This document shows, in pieces, positions 17,896-25,354 of a stretch of DNA of 25,354 nucleotides (positions within the stretch are counted from its first letter, which is position 1; every line of letters begins with the position of its first letter). This DNA is from Pseudomonadota bacterium (GTDB lineage: Bacteria > Desulfobacterota > Desulfobacteria > Desulfobacterales > JBDRRP01): the NCBI GenBank assembly GCA_043825735.1, contig JBDRRP010000158.1, positions 62,001 through 87,354 of the forward strand, in the 5' to 3' direction. A program made the position numbers and the translations under genes. The notes below the pieces were generated by a model. It saw only the letters and a list, made by a program, of their open reading frames with translations, made no database searches and was not told the origin of the DNA.

Positions 17896-19644
17896 GTGAC
17901 TGACGTTACGGAACAGGTTCTCGCCGAGCGCCTGGCGCGGGGCATCGATGCCCACCGTCGCGGCCGAACGGATATCGCCGAGGCCGACTATCGGGCGGTG
18001 ATCGCCGACGGGGATGCGGCGGCCGGCGCCATCCCTGTTTTGGCTGTCGCCCATGCCAATCTGGGTGCGCTGCTGCTGGACCAGGGGCGCTGTCAGGCCG
18101 CCGGTGATTATCTGGGCCATGCCGTCACGCTGGCGCCGGCGCTACCGGAGTCCCACTTCAATTTGGGCCGGATCAGGGAAATGGCCGGTGATACGTCAGC
18201 GGCGCTGATCCACTACCGCGATGCCCACCGCCGCGCGCCGAACAACGCCAAATTTCTCAGCCAACTGGTCCACGCACAGATGAAGACCTGCGACTGGGAT
18301 GCGCTGGGGCAGCGATGCCGCTGTCTGGATCAGCTCAACCGCCAGGCGCTGGCCCAGGGTCGGCCGGTGGCCGAATCGCCGTTCAAAAGCATCGCCCGAA
18401 CCGATGACCCGGCCCTCAATCTGGCCATCGCCCGCTCCTGGGCCGCCGATATAAAGCGCCGGGCGACGGCAGCGAAGGTTTCTCTGCCCCCTCGGCCCAG
18501 CCGGCGCGATGCGCGGATCATCACCGTTGGCTATCTTTCGGACCGGTTCCGTAACGCCGCCACCGCCCATCAGATGCTCAGTGTCTTCGGGCTTCACGAC
18601 CGCCGGCGGTTTCGCATCCATGTCTATTCCTACGGTGCCGACGACGGCAGCGTGTACCGGCGGCGCATCGCAGCGGACGCCGACCGCTTCGTGGACATTG
18701 TCGGTCTAAACGACGCCGCGGTGGCCCGGTTGATCCGCGAGGACGGGGTCGACATCCTCGTGGACCTCAAGGGGCATACCTACAACCACCGGCTGGGCAT
18801 CAGTGCCCTGCGTCCTGCGCCTGTGCAGATGGCCTACCTCGGTTTTCCCGGATCCACCGGTGCGGATTTCTTCGATTACATTCTTCTCGACGCAGTGGTG
18901 GCACCACCCCAGATGCGGGAGAATTTTTCCGAAGCGCCCATTTATCTGCCTCACTGCTACTACCCCACTGACTATCAGCAGCCCGTGGATTCGTGCATCC
19001 CTCGGCGCAGTGACCTGGACCTTCCCGAGTCGGCCATCGTCTTTTGCTCCTTCAACCAGGCCTTCAAGATCGATCCGGTGATGTTTGGATGCTGGATGTC
19101 GGTCCTGCGAGACGTACCGGGCAGCGTGCTCTGGCTGTCGGACGGCGGTGCGGTGGCAGCGGCCAATCTGCGCAGGGAGGCGGCGCGCCAGCAGGTGTTG
19201 CCGGAGCGATTGATCTTTGCCGGGCAACTGCCCAAAGCGCAGCATCTGGCTCGGCTGCGGCAGGCCGATCTGTGTCTGGACACGCGGGTCTACAACGGAC
19301 ACACCACAACGGCGGACGCACTCTGGGTGGGCGTGCCGGTGGTTGCCATGGCCGGGCGGCATTTCGCTTCCCGGGTCTCCGCCAGTCTGCTCACCGCACT
19401 GGGGCTCCCCGAACTTGTCGCCCGGGACTTGGAGGCGTTCCGGGAACTGGCCTTGTCTCTGGCGTGCAATCACGCGACCAGAACGGCCTTGAGGCATCAC
19501 ATCGAGCGCCTCCGGGACTGCATGCCATTGTTCGACACGCCGCGCTTCGTGCGGTACCTGGAGGCGGGGTTTGAGCGGGTGTGGCAGATTCACCACCAGC
19601 AGGAGCCACCCCGACCCATTAACATCGAAGGGGAAATGCCATGA
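17896..19644 (+). CDS. Short-TPR O-GlcNAc-transferase-like protein, GT41 family (OGT/SEC-like)
   Basis: The start is uncertain: GTG 17896 (preceded by GGAG), ATG 17884 or GTG 17863. About 3 TPRs, then CDW, GYLSDRFRNAATAH, DILVDLKGHT, PAPVQMAYLGFPGSTG, FCSFNQAFKIDP and DTRVYNGHTT.ADALWVGVPVV. Confidence 0.87.
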   Translation: MTDVTEQVLAERLARGIDAHRRGRTDIAEADYRAVIADGDAAAGAIPVLAVAHANLGALLLDQGRCQAAGDYLGHAVTLAPALPESHFNLGRIREMAGDTSAALIHYRDAHRRAPNNAKFLSQLVHAQMKTCDWDALGQRCRCLDQLNRQALAQGRPVAESPFKSIARTDDPALNLAIARSWAADIKRRATAAKVSLPPRPSRRDARIITVGYLSDRFRNAATAHQMLSVFGLHDRRRFRIHVYSYGADDGSVYRRRIAADADRFVDIVGLNDAAVARLIREDGVDILVDLKGHTYNHRLGISALRPAPVQMAYLGFPGSTGADFFDYILLDAVVAPPQMRENFSEAPIYLPHCYYPTDYQQPVDSCIPRRSDLDLPESAIVFCSFNQAFKIDPVMFGCWMSVLRDVPGSVLWLSDGGAVAAANLRREAARQQVLPERLIFAGQLPKAQHLARLRQADLCLDTRVYNGHTTTADALWVGVPVVAMAGRHFASRVSASLLTALGLPELVARDLEAFRELALSLACNHATRTALRHHIERLRDCMPLFDTPRFVRYLEAGFERVWQIHHQQEPPRPINIEGEMP

Positions 19645-20438
19645 CAACGGCCCGAATTGAGGACCGGGCCGCGCAGTACCGCAGGCTTCTCGGCGACCAG
19701 CACCAGCGCCAGGAGGGGCTGCGAAGGGGATCGGCCGAGCGGATCGTAGGAGTGCTCCGGGAGTACGTCATACCGGTTTCGGCCCTCGACGTAGGATGCG
19801 GGACCGGATCGTTTCTGGCCGCTTTAGAGGGTTCCGGTGTTACGGACCTTCAGGGGATAGAAGGCCCCTGGATCGATCCGGCCATGCTGTGCATTGCGGC
19901 CGACAGGGTCGGGACATGGGATCTGGAAAAACCCTTCGATCTGGGACGGCGCTACGATCTGGTGGTTTCCATGGAGGTGGCCGAGCATCTTGCCCCGGAC
20001 CGGGCCGACGGATTTGTGGCCGATCTGGTCCGCCATGGGGACGTGGTCCTTTTTTCCGCCGCTGTCCCGTTTCAGGGCGGCGCAGGACACGTCAACGAGC
20101 GATGGCCTTCCTGCTGGGCAGAGAAATTCGCGGGCCACGGGTTTGTCCCCGTTGACCTGTTTCGGCCGCGACTCTGGGAAGACACAACGGTGTTGTGGTG
20201 GCTGCGTCAGAACCTGCTGCTTTATGTCCATTCGCGGCGGCTTTCGTCCAATCCCCGGCTGGCGGCCGTTTATCGGGAGGGGCGGGGGAAAATGCCCCTG
20301 GACGTGGTCCATCCCGTCCTCCTTGCGCAGTACGCGCTACGAGCTGAAAGTTCCGCAGACCCGGTCCAGAGGGTGACCTCCGGCCAAGCCGGTTTCTCCT
20401 CGGCCGCCGGCTCGGCATCGAAGGAAGGAGCAATATGA
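19641..20438 (+). CDS. Class I SAM-dependent methyltransferase
   Basis: ATGA overlaps at both ends. Motifs LDVGCGTG, YDLVVSMEVAEHL and FSAAVPFQGGAGHVNE. Confidence 0.88.
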   Translation: MTTARIEDRAAQYRRLLGDQHQRQEGLRRGSAERIVGVLREYVIPVSALDVGCGTGSFLAALEGSGVTDLQGIEGPWIDPAMLCIAADRVGTWDLEKPFDLGRRYDLVVSMEVAEHLAPDRADGFVADLVRHGDVVLFSAAVPFQGGAGHVNERWPSCWAEKFAGHGFVPVDLFRPRLWEDTTVLWWLRQNLLLYVHSRRLSSNPRLAAVYREGRGKMPLDVVHPVLLAQYALRAESSADPVQRVTSGQAGFSSAAGSASKEGAI

Positions 20439-23400
20439 ACAAGGCGCGTCAACGCGATGGCACAGATACCGAAATCGCCAACTGGCTCCAGGAGTCAGTG
20501 AGCTGCCATCAAGGCGGCGATCTGGACCGGGCAGCGGCAGGCTACCGGCGGATCCTCGCCGCAGCGCCCGATCACGGGGACGCCCTGCACCTGCTGGGGT
20601 TGATCCACCTTAACCGCGAGGCGTACGAAGCCGCTGTCGATCTCATCGAACAGGCCCTCCGGCATTATCCCGACACGGCCCTTTACCACAACAGTCTGGG
20701 GATGGCGCTGATGGGCCAATCCGTGCCGGCGCAGGCCCGGAAGCATTTTGATCGCGCACTGGAACTTAAGCCCGACTACCTGGAGGCATGGTTCAACCTG
20801 GGGCGACTGCTCCGCTCGGTGGGAGAGGCGGGCAGGGCGGTGAGCTGCCTTCAAAAGGTCATCAGCATTGACGCCGGTTCGGCAATGGCCCATGCCGAGA
20901 TGGGTGAACTGCTTCTGGAGACCGGCCATGGGGGTGAGGCTGCCGAGTGTTTTAAACGTGCCCTGGTCCTGGAGCCGGAATATTTAGAGGCGCGGCACAA
21001 TCTGGGCATCGCCCTACACGATTCAGGGCGGCTCGAAGCCGCGGTATCGGTTTTCGAAGAAGTGATCGCCCGCCGCCCCGGGGAGGCTCAAGCCTACAAT
21101 CACCTGGGGGTGGTGCTTCACGATCTGGGTCGTAAAGACGCCGCCAAAGCGCGCTACCAGAAGGCGCTCGAGATCGACCCCACGCTCACCGCAGCCCACA
21201 ATAACCTGGGCAATCTGCTTCAGGACGCCGGTCACATGGCCGCCGCTGCCGACTGCTATCACCGGGCCATCGCCATCGACCCCGGATTTGCCGTCGCCCA
21301 CAACAATCTGGCCATGGCTTATCAGGAAACCGGCCAGGCCGGTGACGCCATCGCGCATTTTCAAAAAGCCATCACCCTGCGGCCCGGCTATGCCGAAGCC
21401 TGCGCCCACCTGGTGCACCAGCTTCAGCGGGTCTGCGACTGGGACCGGCTGACGGCGGCGGAACAGCGGCTCGATGCCCTGACCGGCAGGGCGCTCTCAG
21501 CCGGCCAACCCGTGGCCGAACAACCTTTTGTGAGTCTGGTCCGCGGTGCGGCGCCGGATAGGCAACTGCACATTGCCCGCTCATGGGCCGATCGCGCGGC
21601 CCGACTGGTTTCAGGTTCATGCAAGCAGTTCTCCCATTCGCACCGTACTCGGACAGAGCAACCGATTACCCTCGGATACCTGTCGGCCAATTTCCGCAAC
21701 CATCCCATGGCCCACCTGATGGCGAGCCTGTTTGAACTCCACGACCGCAGCCGGTTCCGGGTTCACGCTTACGCCTTCGGCGCCGACGATAACAGCGACT
21801 ACCGGCGGCGGATCGCTGCCGGCTGCGACCGGTTTATCGACATCGAGACCCTGGATCACGGCAAGGCCGCGGCAAGAATCCATGCCGACGGCGTCGATAT
21901 CCTGATCGACCTGATGGGCCACACCAAGGGAAACCGCATGGCCATCTGCGCCCTCAGGCCGTCGCCGATACAGGTCCGGTATCTGGGACTGGCCGGCACC
22001 AGCGGTGCGACGTTTTTCGACTACATCGTCTGCGACCGGACCGTGGTGCCGGAAGCACTGGCCGCCCACTACAGCGAACATCCCATTTACATGCCCCACT
22101 GTTACCAGGTCAACGATCACCGCCAACCCGTTTCCGAGCGGCCCTGGACGCGTCAGGAGGCGGGGCTGCCGGAAAACGGCCCGGTGCTGTGCTGTTTCAA
22201 TCATACCTACAAAATCGATGCGAGGGTTTTCCATGCGTGGATGACGGTGCTCGACCGGGTTCCCGATGCCGTGCTGTGGCTCCTGGAGACCACGACGCTT
22301 GCCAGGGAAAACCTGCTGAGGCATGCGATCTTGCACGGGATCAGCGCCGATCGTCTGGTATTTGCGAAAAAGGTGCCCAAACCCGAGCATCTGTCACGGT
22401 TGAAACTGGCCGATCTGGCGCTTGACACCCGGGTGGTCAGCGGGGCGGCCACCACCAGCGATGCCTTGTGGGCCGGTGTTCCGGTAATCACGATCCGGGG
22501 GCGCCAGTTCGCCGAAAACATGTCGGCAAGCATCCTGGCGGCCGTGGGATTGCCCGAGTTGGTCACCGAAGGGCTCGATGACTTCACGGCATTGGCAGCC
22601 AGATTGGCGTCGGACCCGCCCGCGCTGGGAGTGGTGCGTGAGAAGCTGGCGCGAAACCTGAAAACCGCGCCGCTGTTTGACACCCGGCGCTTCGCCCGCA
22701 ACCTGGAAGCCGGTTTCCATCAGATCTGGCATCGTCATGTATCCGGTCTGGCGCCGGAGCCGATTTGCATTCTCGAACCGGCCTCACCGGTGCCGTTGAG
22801 CGACAAGCAGGCAGGCGGCGACCGCGACGCCGCAACGAAAGCCGGAAAATGCGCGCAAACGTCGGCGCATCGGCAGCGGCTGGCCGTATTCTGCCGCACC
22901 GGCGCTCATTTTCTCTCCGATATTATGGGCCACTTGAAGCGGACCCACGAGATCCGCATATTCGAGGGGAACAGTGTGGGGGAAATGGCCGATCTGATGA
23001 AATGGTGCGATATCGCCTGGTTCGAGTGGTGTGATGACGCCGTGGTCAAGGCGTCGGCGCTGCCCAAGCAGTGCCGCATCGTGTGCCGGCTCCACAGCTA
23101 TGAGGCCTTCGGAGATGTGCCGTCCCGCGTGACCTGGGAAAACGTCGACGCCCTCATCTTCGTCGCCCCCCATGTTCGCGAGATCGTGGAGGCCCGGGTG
23201 CCGGACCTGGCGCGTCGGGTTCCCATACATGTCATCTACAACGGCGTGAATTTGGCGCGGTTCACTTTCCGCAATCGGCAGCGGGGATACGATATGGCAT
23301 CGGTCGGGTATATCAACCATAAGAAAAATCCGTCGTTGCTGCTGCAGTGCATCCGCGCGCTGGTCGATGTGGAGCCGCGCTTCAGGCTCCACGTGGCCGG

Positions 23401-23803
23401 CACCCACCAGGAAGAGCGTTTTCGGCTCTATGTGGATCATATGATCCTCGAGATGGGATTGACCGAGCATGTGCTCTTCCACGGCTGGGTGGAAGATATG
23501 AATGAATGGCTGGCGGACAAGCATTATCTGGTGAGCACGAGCGTTTTCGAATCCTTCGGCTACGGCATTGCCGAAGCCATGGCCGCGGGGATCAAACCGC
23601 TGATCCATAATTTTCCGGGGGCCCGAAGGCTCTTCCCGGAAAAGCTGCTGTTCAATACGGTGGGGGACATGGTCCGCATGACCCTCGAAGACGACTACCA
23701 ACCCGCCGTCTACCGGCGGTTCATCGAGGACCACTATCGGGTCGACGGTCAGCTGAAAGAAATCGAAAAAGTCCTCGCCGAGATTACTGATCGAAGAAAT
23801 TAA
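20435..23803 (+). CDS. TPR + GT41 (OGT-like) + C-terminal GT4 fusion glycosyltransferase
   Basis: AAGGAG RBS. About 9 TPRs, then CDW, GYLSANFRNHPMAHLM, DLMGHT, FNHTYKID and DALWAGVP. After a linker, a GT4 domain (about 22875-23803) carries WFEWCD, RLHSYE, NGVN, KKNP and ESFGYGIAE. Confidence 0.9.
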   Translation: MNKARQRDGTDTEIANWLQESVSCHQGGDLDRAAAGYRRILAAAPDHGDALHLLGLIHLNREAYEAAVDLIEQALRHYPDTALYHNSLGMALMGQSVPAQARKHFDRALELKPDYLEAWFNLGRLLRSVGEAGRAVSCLQKVISIDAGSAMAHAEMGELLLETGHGGEAAECFKRALVLEPEYLEARHNLGIALHDSGRLEAAVSVFEEVIARRPGEAQAYNHLGVVLHDLGRKDAAKARYQKALEIDPTLTAAHNNLGNLLQDAGHMAAAADCYHRAIAIDPGFAVAHNNLAMAYQETGQAGDAIAHFQKAITLRPGYAEACAHLVHQLQRVCDWDRLTAAEQRLDALTGRALSAGQPVAEQPFVSLVRGAAPDRQLHIARSWADRAARLVSGSCKQFSHSHRTRTEQPITLGYLSANFRNHPMAHLMASLFELHDRSRFRVHAYAFGADDNSDYRRRIAAGCDRFIDIETLDHGKAAARIHADGVDILIDLMGHTKGNRMAICALRPSPIQVRYLGLAGTSGATFFDYIVCDRTVVPEALAAHYSEHPIYMPHCYQVNDHRQPVSERPWTRQEAGLPENGPVLCCFNHTYKIDARVFHAWMTVLDRVPDAVLWLLETTTLARENLLRHAILHGISADRLVFAKKVPKPEHLSRLKLADLALDTRVVSGAATTSDALWAGVPVITIRGRQFAENMSASILAAVGLPELVTEGLDDFTALAARLASDPPALGVVREKLARNLKTAPLFDTRRFARNLEAGFHQIWHRHVSGLAPEPICILEPASPVPLSDKQAGGDRDAATKAGKCAQTSAHRQRLAVFCRTGAHFLSDIMGHLKRTHEIRIFEGNSVGEMADLMKWCDIAWFEWCDDAVVKASALPKQCRIVCRLHSYEAFGDVPSRVTWENVDALIFVAPHVREIVEARVPDLARRVPIHVIYNGVNLARFTFRNRQRGYDMASVGYINHKKNPSLLLQCIRALVDVEPRFRLHVAGTHQEERFRLYVDHMILEMGLTEHVLFHGWVEDMNEWLADKHYLVSTSVFESFGYGIAEAMAAGIKPLIHNFPGARRLFPEKLLFNTVGDMVRMTLEDDYQPAVYRRFIEDHYRVDGQLKEIEKVLAEITDRRN

Positions 23804-23879
23804 ATTATAATTTTTTCTTGTTGCGCTTGGCGAGAGGATTGTTTTTTTACGAGTTTGTCAAGTTGCATGCGGGTGAATT

Positions 23880-23924
23880 AAAAAACCAATGGCCCGACGC
23901 AGTTGCGGCGGGCCATTGGCTTTT
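23880..23924. terminator. Bidirectional rho-independent terminator
   Basis: Perfect 11-bp stem CCAATGGCCCG (23886-23896) / CGGGCCATTGG (23909-23919), with extra internal pairing CGCA/TGCG. It is flanked by A6 on the left and TTTT on the right, between convergent genes. Confidence 0.85.
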
Positions 23925-23967
23925 ATAGGGGGAAAAGCCCTTGACGGATGGGCGTTGCGCTAACGCG

Positions 23968-24390
23968 TTAGGCTACTGCCGAGGCGCGCGCCCCGTGATC
24001 GGTGGCTGGCTCCGGCGCTGTAGCGCGGAGGCCTGCGGCGATGTTGTTGTTGATATCAATGAGAATGGTCACCTTTGCAGGCTCCGGAAAAGCCATGATC
24101 TCAAAGGTGCGCCGGTCGATGAAAGCACTCAGCTGGAGCAGATCGCGTTTTAGCTTCTTGGGCAGGGGGTTGGCTTCATCGGCCAGTTCCCCCTGGAATA
24201 TGGTCCAGATGCGCTGGTTGTATCTCAGGGCATCGTCCAGCAGCCGCTGCTGCGCGGGGGTGTTCATCCAGTTGCCGATGCTGTTTTTAAGCCGGACCGC
24301 GGCCTGATTGAGGACGGCGGCCTCTGTCTCTTTGCCGGGCATCGTCGACTTGTTGACGGTCTGGTAGGCTTTCAGCGGGTTCGGATACAA
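23968..24390 (-). CDS. flaF: Flagellar biosynthesis regulator FlaF
   Basis: TTG start with AAGGAG 7 nt upstream. Motifs AYQ, ETEAAVL..AA, DAL.YNQRIWTIFQ.EL....NPLP..LK..LL.LS.FI and LIDINNNIAAGL are characteristic of FlaF. It lies directly downstream of flagellin. Confidence 0.9.
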   Translation of the reverse strand: MYPNPLKAYQTVNKSTMPGKETEAAVLNQAAVRLKNSIGNWMNTPAQQRLLDDALRYNQRIWTIFQGELADEANPLPKKLKRDLLQLSAFIDRRTFEIMAFPEPAKVTILIDINNNIAAGLRATAPEPATDHGARASAVA

Positions 24391-24447
24391 TCGGTTTCTC
24401 CTTTTCCGAGCGGCACTCAGGGCCGATGAGAGGGTCCCAATCCTTTG

Positions 24448-24497
24448 ACCGGTGCGGCCGACGCGGGCCAGGAGCCGCGCGTCGGAGTCGCACCGGT
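24448..24497. other. Long GC-rich stem-loop in the flagellin-flaF spacer
   Basis: ACCGGTGCG (24448-24456) / CGCACCGGT (24489-24497) and CCGACGCG (24458-24465) / CGCGTCGG (24478-24485), plus GGC/GCC. There is no U-tract on the coding (minus) strand. Confidence 0.6.
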
Positions 24498-24510
24498 TAT
24501 GGTCTGATTA

Positions 24511-25353
24511 TTAGAACAGTCTCAGTACTGACTGCGCCGCCTGGGAGGCCATGCTCAGCGAAGAGGTGCCCAGGGCCTGACGGGTCTGGAGCATCAGCAT
24601 GTTGGCGCCTTCCTCGTTCATGTCGGCGTTGACCAGATTGGCCGCGCCTTCTTCCAGGGTGTTGATCATTTTTTCTGTGAAGGACTGGCGTGTGGTGATG
24701 GTGGACAGCGCGTTTGAGAGCTCCTTGCTCTTGGTGCGCAAGGTCGAGCGGGCGGTATCCAGGTCGGCGATAGCCGCGGTGACCAGCGCGTCGGTGGTCC
24801 AAATGCCGGAGGCCGAGTCGATGGACAGGCCGCCGGAATCGCCGTCAAAGCCGATCACTTTCAGGTTGGCGTCGCCGGCGTTCTCGGCGAACTCCACCGT
24901 CATGGTGGACTGCTGGAGGAAATTGAGGCCTTTGTAACCGGCATCCTGGGCCAGTTCGTCGATCTGGCTGCGCAGGGTCTGAAACTGCACCAGCAGGGCG
25001 CTGCGGTCTTTGTAGTCCTGGGCCGTGGTGGTGGCCGTGGCGTCGATGGCCAGAGCGGACTGGGCGGTGGACTTGGCCGAGGCGATGAGGTCGGTGATGG
25101 CCTCGATACCGTTGTTGGCCGCCTTGATGGTTTGAATCGCTTCGCCCATTTCATCCTTGCGCTGACCAAGGTCGGTGGCCCGCTGACGGTGCCCCTGGGC
25201 GGCAAAGAAATTGATGGGATCGTCCAGGGCGGACTGGACCCTGAGCCCGGAGCTCAAACGGCTGGACGTTTTGTCCATGAGTTTGCTGGTTTCCTGGCTG
25301 CTGAAAAGCGACTGCCGCATGCCTGCCGTTAAAGAAATGCTGTTGATTGACAT
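24511..25353 (-). CDS. fliC: Flagellin (short, 280 aa, alphaproteobacterial-type sequence)
   Basis: N-terminal RLSSGLRVQSALDDPINFF and C-terminal LVNADMNEEGANMLMLQTRQALGTSSLSMASQAAQSVLRLF, ending in a double TAA. The ATG sits at the window edge, so a longer N-terminus cannot be excluded. Confidence 0.93.
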   Translation of the reverse strand: MSINSISLTAGMRQSLFSSQETSKLMDKTSSRLSSGLRVQSALDDPINFFAAQGHRQRATDLGQRKDEMGEAIQTIKAANNGIEAITDLIASAKSTAQSALAIDATATTTAQDYKDRSALLVQFQTLRSQIDELAQDAGYKGLNFLQQSTMTVEFAENAGDANLKVIGFDGDSGGLSIDSASGIWTTDALVTAAIADLDTARSTLRTKSKELSNALSTITTRQSFTEKMINTLEEGAANLVNADMNEEGANMLMLQTRQALGTSSLSMASQAAQSVLRLF

Positions 25354-25354
25354 G

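Noticed and set aside
17415..17903. 162-aa ORF spanning the intergenic gap
   Set aside because: It overlaps both neighbours, has atypical composition and no motifs, and covers the promoter-like elements.
780..21420. Recurrent CACAACAACCTGGGC-like motifs suggesting a DNA repeat array or CRISPR
   Set aside because: They are coding TPR repeats (HNNLG) with roughly 102-nt periodicity inside ORFs, not repeat-spacer arrays.
411..23734. Many long minus-strand and alternate-frame ORFs (e.g. 7362..8948, 9405..10403, 16370..17416, 18706..19647, 22784..23734)
   Set aside because: They are shadows of well-supported plus-strand genes in GC-rich DNA, with no recognisable motifs.
1..23803. O-antigen/capsule cluster or anti-phage defence system interpretation
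   Set aside because: No wzx/wzy/wzm/wzt, initiating phosphoglycosyl transferase, nuclease or NTPase domains are visible in the window. A polysaccharide role cannot be fully excluded because the left end is truncated.
23827..23843. Sigma54-like TTGGCGAGAGGATTGTT after the last GT gene
   Set aside because: The -12 element is GT rather than GC, and it points straight into a terminator.

Overview
This is a GC-rich bacterial window. Host taxonomy cannot be fixed from sequence alone; a Desulfobacterota-like or proteobacterial host is my guess. Bases 1-23803 form one continuous plus-strand run of 15 genes, truncated at the left edge. It encodes about 16 recognisable or putative glycosyltransferase domains, three class I SAM methyltransferase domains and one AT-rich NDP-sugar epimerase/dehydratase. 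The GT domains comprise three TPR-GT41 OGT/SPINDLY-type, three TPR-associated GT9-like GT-B, and GT2-, GT4-, GT8- and exostosin/GT47-like domains. The run converges, across a strong bidirectional hairpin terminator, on a minus-strand flagellin + flaF pair. Two good sigma54 -24/-12 motifs lie inside the island. No polysaccharide export or polymerase genes (wzx/wzy/wzm/wzt), no Maf-type transferase and no Pse/Leg biosynthesis genes are visible in the window. The best reading, by inference, is a very large cytoplasmic flagellin O-glycosylation/methylation island built around eukaryote-like GT41 paralogues that have diverged at key active-site motifs.
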